Below, one piece after another: positions 58,684 through 64,000 of a stretch of DNA of 64,000 nt. The stretch comes from Candidatus Adlerbacteria bacterium (GTDB taxonomy: Bacteria; Patescibacteriota; Minisyncoccia; Phycocordibacterales; SBAW01). The translations under genes and the position numbers were made by a program. Location: assembly GCA_903851045.1 (NCBI GenBank), contig CAINNF010000015.1, forward strand, positions 32,644 to 96,643. Reading direction: 5' to 3'. The notes beneath the pieces were generated by a model that saw only the letters and a list, made by a program, of their open reading frames with translations, was not told the DNA's origin and ran no database searches. Position 1 is the first letter of the stretch. Each line of letters starts with the position of its first letter.

Positions 58684-59859
58684 TTATAGCTTCTTTAACA
58701 GATATTCGGCGGTGATCGTCGACGCGCTCAATGCCGTCGGTATGGCGAGTCGCCGCTGCATCTCATCGGCTATTTCATGGTCGAAGATGCGCAGTACGAG
58801 CGGTACGCTCGGCTGTATCGAACGGGCGATAAGCCCGATCTCTAGGTTCTTCAGGTCGTTTTGGATGACCGACAAGAGCGACTTAGCTTGCGCTATGTTC
58901 GCGCGACGCAGATTGCGTGAAAGGCTCGCGTCGGCGATGAACACGTGCCCGCCGCTCGCACGGATATGTTCGGCGAACCTGTTGTCCGGGTTACTCTCCA
59001 GCACGAGCACCGTATACCCACGCCGAAGGAGTTCATACGCCACTTGATACCCCAACCGCCCAAGCCCGCACAGGATGATGTGGTCACGCAACGTGTACTG
59101 TTTGCGACCAAGCGCGAGCTCGGCACGCCGATTCAAGAGCCATTCGACGATGAGCGTGAACGCAATGGAGCTGAACGACACCCCGATGAACATCAGCACG
59201 ATACCGAACAGCTTGGTCGCGAGCGGCGCGTTCAAAAGAGTGATATCACCGAACCCCGTCGTCGTTATGACCGCCGCAGTGAAGTAGAGCGCGTTGATCC
59301 AGGACAAAGCGTATTCAAAATGGAACATACACGCCGACACCGCAACGATCACGAAGAAGCATGCCGCTATCATGATGATCGGCGTGAACAAAGGAGAACG
59401 ACTAGACTCGTCCACGTCCGAGATCCCCGCAACCTGTGTCTGAGATTTCTTCGGTTTCTTCAATGCCGCATCAGCGAACTTGGCGGCTGCGATAGCGGCA
59501 GGGTTGAACACTTCGAGCGACTTATGCCCAGACCGAAGGTGCGGCGCAAGGTGGTCGTTGAAGAGCGACACGATAAGACGTGCGTTGGGGTTGAGCTTCG
59601 ACGCGATGAGGAAGAATTGGATATTGAACCGGTCTTCGTCGTCGATAAGATAGACCACGTCCGCCGTCCCTATGCCCGCAAGCTCGAACTTTTCTTGATA
59701 CTGCTCATAGATCGAATGCTCGCCGTTGGCGGCAAGCGACTTCTCCGTCGAGTCGGACACGACACGGGTCGCATTTACCCCCTTCTCTTTGAGCTTGCGG
59801 TACACCTGAAAGCTCAGATGCCCTTCGCCAGCGATAAGTACTCGTAGGTCCTTCTTCAT
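58684..59859 (-). CDS. Potassium channel with TrkA-N (RCK) domains
   Basis: TTTGFGD selectivity filter, CGLGRLG Rossmann motif. Confidence 0.9.
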   Translation of the reverse strand: MKKDLRVLIAGEGHLSFQVYRKLKEKGVNATRVVSDSTEKSLAANGEHSIYEQYQEKFELAGIGTADVVYLIDDEDRFNIQFFLIASKLNPNARLIVSLFNDHLAPHLRSGHKSLEVFNPAAIAAAKFADAALKKPKKSQTQVAGISDVDESSRSPLFTPIIMIAACFFVIVAVSACMFHFEYALSWINALYFTAAVITTTGFGDITLLNAPLATKLFGIVLMFIGVSFSSIAFTLIVEWLLNRRAELALGRKQYTLRDHIILCGLGRLGYQVAYELLRRGYTVLVLESNPDNRFAEHIRASGGHVFIADASLSRNLRRANIAQAKSLLSVIQNDLKNLEIGLIARSIQPSVPLVLRIFDHEIADEMQRRLAIPTALSASTITAEYLLKKL

Positions 59860-59952
59860 ATCTGCACATAAGTATATCAGAAGTCCTTATACACAACCCA
59901 CGTACCGTCGTATAAAAAGGGCAAGACAACTTGTGTCTTGCCCTGCGATTAT

Positions 59953-60399
59953 TCATCCCTCTGATTCGACATGCGCGTCAATCCTTCTGTTGAGAGCCCA
60001 CAACAGGGCACGAAAATGTGCCATGTTCTGGAGTATCTGGGTGAGCAGGAGTTGCGCCATCGCATCCCGCACATCCTTGACGGTCTGTGCGTTCGTAAAC
60101 AACTTCGTATACCCTGACACGCCTCCCGTGAGCGGGTCCACCAGACTACCAATAAGTCGCAAGGTTTCGGCTATAGCACTCAGCTGTATAAAGTCTCTGC
60201 GACACGCCGTACAATGCCGTTCCTTGGCGCGCGCGAAATCATGCATCAACCTATCATACTCAGCCTGAATTACCTTTGGATCGGTAATATGCTCGCCGAG
60301 CACCATTCTTTGGTACTCCCGCCCCGCCTGCACCTCTACCATTGCAGTGAAGGTCGGGTTCGCTCTCCTATCCTGCATCACCGCAGACGACGCAGACAC
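59953..60399 (-). CDS. Hypothetical protein
   Basis: GGAGG RBS before GTG; 148 aa. Confidence 0.5.
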   Translation of the reverse strand: MSASSAVMQDRRANPTFTAMVEVQAGREYQRMVLGEHITDPKVIQAEYDRLMHDFARAKERHCTACRRDFIQLSAIAETLRLIGSLVDPLTGGVSGYTKLFTNAQTVKDVRDAMAQLLLTQILQNMAHFRALLWALNRRIDAHVESEG

Positions 60400-60503
60400 T
60401 TTACCCTCCCTTTATACAAAGAGCTTCTCCCCAGCCATCATGGCAGAGATGGCAGTAATCGTATACCTACCGCTTATTTCGTCAATCTGGTTGTGCACTC
60501 GGC

Positions 60504-61364
60504 TTATCTCGGAAAGATATCGGTCAGTTCATCGGACTTGTAGAAATCTACCCCAAGCTCGCCGTACGTATAAGTGTTGCCCCCTGTCGTGATCGCCGCA
60601 CCACCCACACCCGGGTCGCCGTTTGGGTGTGATGCCTGATAGCCGATATTGAAAAGGGTCACGATGATACCGGGATCCCTCGACGCATCGAACCCCTGAC
60701 TCTGCCATTGCGCCTCTATCTCTTTGATGAACAGGGCGGTATAGAGATACGAGTAGTAATGATTGGTCGGGTCCGTGAGCCGCGCATAGAGCTCCGCATC
60801 ATGGTTAGCGCCCGGGTCATAGGCTATGAGTTCTTGCATCCCCGCACCCGGGTAAAATGGCGAGGTCGTGCTCGCTGCATACTCTTCGATCCTGTTGGCG
60901 GTCTCTTGTTTGATACCCGACACGCCGAGCGAGAACTGCGACAACGAACCGAGGATCTTCAACGGCTCGAAATACCGCTTGAACACCTCTCTCTCGGCAG
61001 TAAAGAAGCGGATCTGCTCCGGTACGACCGCCGCGACTATCATACGTTCTGGTATGCCTGTCTTGAGGCTCACGTCGTTCAAGATCGGTGTATCCTTCTC
61101 GATACCAACCTTGATGACCGACCATTCCGGTGTTTGGCTCCATGAGCACGCTCGAGCAGCCGGGTCGGTACACACGAGCGTCGTACTCGCGGTCGAGGTG
61201 TTTGGCGCGCTCGGCAAGAAGAATTGGTCACGCTCCTTGCTGGAGCCGCGGACGTTGAGCAGTCCGAATTGCATAGCGACAAAGACACCCGTAAAGAGCA
61301 TCCCTATGAGCGCGAACGCGCCCACCACGACGAAAAAAATATACTTCAGCACCGTCTTCAGCAT
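60504..61364 (-). CDS. Hypothetical membrane-anchored protein (possible lysozyme-like fold)
   Basis: N-terminal TM; coupled to the upstream PG-binding gene (TAAATG). Confidence 0.7.
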   Translation of the reverse strand: MLKTVLKYIFFVVVGAFALIGMLFTGVFVAMQFGLLNVRGSSKERDQFFLPSAPNTSTASTTLVCTDPAARACSWSQTPEWSVIKVGIEKDTPILNDVSLKTGIPERMIVAAVVPEQIRFFTAEREVFKRYFEPLKILGSLSQFSLGVSGIKQETANRIEEYAASTTSPFYPGAGMQELIAYDPGANHDAELYARLTDPTNHYYSYLYTALFIKEIEAQWQSQGFDASRDPGIIVTLFNIGYQASHPNGDPGVGGAAITTGGNTYTYGELGVDFYKSDELTDIFPR

Positions 61365-62108
61365 TTATATTCTGGACAAGGTGGTCGAACTCGCCGCCCG
61401 GGCACTTTCGGCATCCAAGCGAACGAGCGCGAGACGAGTCTTGTCACCCACCATACCATATCCGGTCGTTTTTTCGCTACCACCACAGGCGATATGATGG
61501 TCGCATTGGAATCGTTGCACCGCCTCGCGCGTCTTTTGACCGAAGCGACCAGTTTCGTGTCCCGGCGAACCGTCCCCGTCTTGGGCGACGATGTACCCAT
61601 TGCTGTTGAGCAACCGCTGCAGCACTCTCACCTGTGTCCCTGTCGAGCCGACCCGCAGCGTCGACCTGATGGGCATCGGGTCCCAACACGCAACCGACCC
61701 AAGCCACGGTGCGGTACCTTGTGTCTCGTATAGATAGCGCGCGTAGCCCAAGTTCCCGTCGAGCGTGTTTATATTAAACCCGAGTGCGGCGGCGCTGTCG
61801 CCGTGAATAGCGGCCGCTTCTTGAAAGACACCCACCATACCACCAGTCCCGCCGAAAAGTGGGTTACCGTACGGGTCGAACTGACGAAAACCCGATTCGC
61901 ATTTCGCGATCCGGATCATCACGGGGACATCAGCAAAGTCCTGTCGAACTTTCGCTTCGACATCGTCCGAGTTGAAAGGGTCAAGGGATATGTTCGTTGT
62001 CGTCGTGGTTGCGGGAATGTCCGGCGTCGTAGTCGCGGTCTGTGCGTGAGCGGTCTGAGTCAGTATAACTACCGAAAGCAGCACTCCAACCAATATCAGG
62101 CGGTGCAC
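61365..62108 (-). CDS. Secreted lytic-transglycosylase-like + peptidoglycan-binding domain protein
   Basis: IAKCESG..Q...G.FQ...W SLT-like core; L..GS.G.QV..LQ..L...G.FG.KT..AV..FQ PG_binding_1. Confidence 0.8.
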   Translation of the reverse strand: MHRLILVGVLLSVVILTQTAHAQTATTTPDIPATTTTTNISLDPFNSDDVEAKVRQDFADVPVMIRIAKCESGFRQFDPYGNPLFGGTGGMVGVFQEAAAIHGDSAAALGFNINTLDGNLGYARYLYETQGTAPWLGSVACWDPMPIRSTLRVGSTGTQVRVLQRLLNSNGYIVAQDGDGSPGHETGRFGQKTREAVQRFQCDHHIACGGSEKTTGYGMVGDKTRLALVRLDAESARAASSTTLSRI

Positions 62109-62152
62109 CCCTTTAGTGTAGCATAGCAAAACGCACCCCTGGCAAGCCCCTC

Positions 62153-62560
62153 TTACTGCAACACGACCGTGTCGCCATCCTTAAGCAAAAGCTCCGTCAC
62201 GACGAAAAGCTGCGGAAACACCTCTCGCACGATCTCCTTCGCTTTCGCCAACTCTTCCTCATGGAATCGGATCTCATCCTCTCGTGATGGAAAGTTCGCG
62301 CTCCCGCCGTACGCTCCGCAGTCTATGTGATTGGTGAGGATGATCTGGTGCGGATCATGGAGCTTGATCGATATGCCGATATTTTCGAGCAGCGACGTCT
62401 TGTCCTCGGCCTCCAGCGGCGACGTGAGGTTCTTGCATGATCCTGCGACCTCTATGAGATCGAAATCGCCGTATTTCTTCTGCAACAGTGGCAACGCCTG
62501 CGGCCAGAACCGGTAATCGATGCATGACACGACGATCGATAACTTTTTTGGATGAGACAT
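62153..62560 (-). CDS. Beta-class-like carbonic anhydrase
   Basis: SCIDYR, AG, NHIDCGAY Zn-ligand motifs. Confidence 0.8.
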   Translation of the reverse strand: MSHPKKLSIVVSCIDYRFWPQALPLLQKKYGDFDLIEVAGSCKNLTSPLEAEDKTSLLENIGISIKLHDPHQIILTNHIDCGAYGGSANFPSREDEIRFHEEELAKAKEIVREVFPQLFVVTELLLKDGDTVVLQ

Positions 62561-62610
62561 TCGTATAGTATAATGCACATATATACAGTTTAATAAAGAC
62601 ACATCGATAC

Positions 62611-63657
62611 ATGGACACTTTTTTCGTCGGGTTGCTTGCGTTCGTCCCCATCGCCATCGGCGCACACCTGCTGGGTGTCTCACCTTCGATCGTCTTCTTT
62701 CTCTCCGCACTCGCTATCGTACCCCTCGCCAAGTTCATCGGTGAGTCGACCGAGGAGCTCGCTTCGCGCACCTCACCTGCGGTCGGCGGACTCCTGAGCG
62801 CCACGTTCGGTAACGCGACCGAACTCATCATCGGCATCTTCGCTTTGAAAGCCGGACTGATCGAGGTCGTGAAGGCGTCCATCACCGGCTCCATTATCGG
62901 CAATCTCCTGCTCGTCCTTGGACTTTCCATGTTCGTGGGCGGTATGAAGAGAGAGAAGCAGACCTTCAACCGCACCGGGGTCCTTGCGAGCGGCTCGACG
63001 CTCTTTCTTGCACTCATCGCGCTCGTTATGCCGGCGATATTCCTCCAAACCGCACCGACCGTAGATGGTGCGATCGTCGAGCACCTCAGCGTGCTCGTAT
63101 CGATCGCACTACTCATCATGTACGCCGCAAGCCTCTTCTTTTCCTTGCATACACACAAACACCTCTACACCGAAGAGGCTGGGGAGTTCGAGTCGAAGTG
63201 GAGCGTCACGCGTAGCCTCCTCACTCTGCTCGCAGCGACGCTCGCGGTGACCTGGGTCAGCGAGATTCTGGTCGGCTCGATAGAACCCGTGGTCGCAAGC
63301 TTCGGATGGACACAGCTGTTCGTCGGCGTCATCTTCGTCGCCATCATCGGTAACGCCGCGGAACACTTCTCTGCCGTAAGCGCTGCCCTGAAGAACCGCA
63401 TGGACCTCTCCCTCCAGATCGCCGTGGGCTCAGCGACACAGATCGTGCTTGCGGTCGCTCCCGTGCTCGTGCTCGTGAGCCTGCTCTTTAGCCAACAGAT
63501 GAGCTTGGTGTTCAACCTATTCGAACTCGTCTCGATCGTGCTCTCGGTGATCATCGTCAACTTCATCGTCGCCGATGGCGAGAGCAACTGGCTCGAAGGT
63601 GCGCAACTGCTCATGGCGTACGCGATCATCGCTATCGCCTTCTTCTTTCATCCCTAA
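62611..63657 (+). CDS. cax: Ca2+/H+ exchanger (CAX/ChaA family)
   Basis: ATFGNATE and GNAAEH alpha repeats, GS.TQI, SNWLEG. Confidence 0.93.
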   Translation: MDTFFVGLLAFVPIAIGAHLLGVSPSIVFFLSALAIVPLAKFIGESTEELASRTSPAVGGLLSATFGNATELIIGIFALKAGLIEVVKASITGSIIGNLLLVLGLSMFVGGMKREKQTFNRTGVLASGSTLFLALIALVMPAIFLQTAPTVDGAIVEHLSVLVSIALLIMYAASLFFSLHTHKHLYTEEAGEFESKWSVTRSLLTLLAATLAVTWVSEILVGSIEPVVASFGWTQLFVGVIFVAIIGNAAEHFSAVSAALKNRMDLSLQIAVGSATQIVLAVAPVLVLVSLLFSQQMSLVFNLFELVSIVLSVIIVNFIVADGESNWLEGAQLLMAYAIIAIAFFFHP

Positions 63658-64000
63658 CACACGACGACCCGGCAACGTACCCGGTCGACCAACATAGCTG
63701 GAGCGAATAGCCGCCGGAGGGACGGTTGATGTGCAAAAGGTCGCCCGTGAGATAGAGGTTGGGTACGATCCGCGAGCGCATCGTGCGCATATCGAGTTCG
63801 GTCAACGGCACACCACCGTCGGCAACGACCGCTCGGTCGAACCCCATCAACCCCGTGACGGTAAGTGGGAGCGCCTTGAGCATGCGCGCGATGACCTTAC
63901 GATCTTCTTTCGTGACCGAATGCACCTTTATCTCCGTGTCCAGGCGAGTCTCCAGCAACATGAGCACTCCTTTCGCCACACCACCCGTCACGAACTCCCC
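63632..64000 (-). CDS. HI0933/BaiN-family flavoprotein, C-terminal part (runs off window edge)
   Basis: A.V..GGV...E....TM.S...NLY..G......GGYSLQ..WSTG..AG. Confidence 0.85.
   Translation of the reverse strand, partial: GEFVTGGVAKGVLMLLETRLDTEIKVHSVTKEDRKVIARMLKALPLTVTGLMGFDRAVVADGGVPLTELDMRTMRSRIVPNLYLTGDLLHINRPSGGYSLQLCWSTGYVAGSSCVRDERRRR

Overview
This is a 64-kb window from a high-GC bacterial chromosome, most likely Patescibacteria/CPR (Parcubacteria-like). That assignment is inferred from the groEL-groES / secG-SBP-RNase J block, many short ORFans, class F sortases and a solo type IV pilin. From left to right it holds: (1) an NAD-salvage pair (partial nadE, NadM-Nudix), each gene preceded by a GT-N7-AC palindrome; (2) aspartokinase, UPF0182 and DUF4105 genes; (3) a ~410-nt non-coding, heavily base-paired segment with its own promoter and terminator, a candidate novel large ncRNA at 7770-8180; (4) a tract of monocistronic ORFans containing an orphan pstS and a textbook Val/Leu leader-peptide attenuator that controls an unknown 96-aa gene; (5) tRNA-Asn with a low-GC islet; (6) a defence island: MazG-like, hsdM, DUF3644/HEPN, hsdS, a tiny basic ORF, HTH-Panacea antitoxin plus RelE-like toxin, hsdR, a wHTH-HATPase-STAS protein and a deleted hsdR scar; (7) housekeeping genes, two sortase F/substrate pairs, a MarR-EmrAB-type efflux operon with a REP-like palindrome, lexA, DedA, a K+ channel, carbonic anhydrase and a Ca2+/H+ exchanger. 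No CRISPR array, rRNA, integrase or transposase was seen. All calls are by eye from motifs; no database searches were run.
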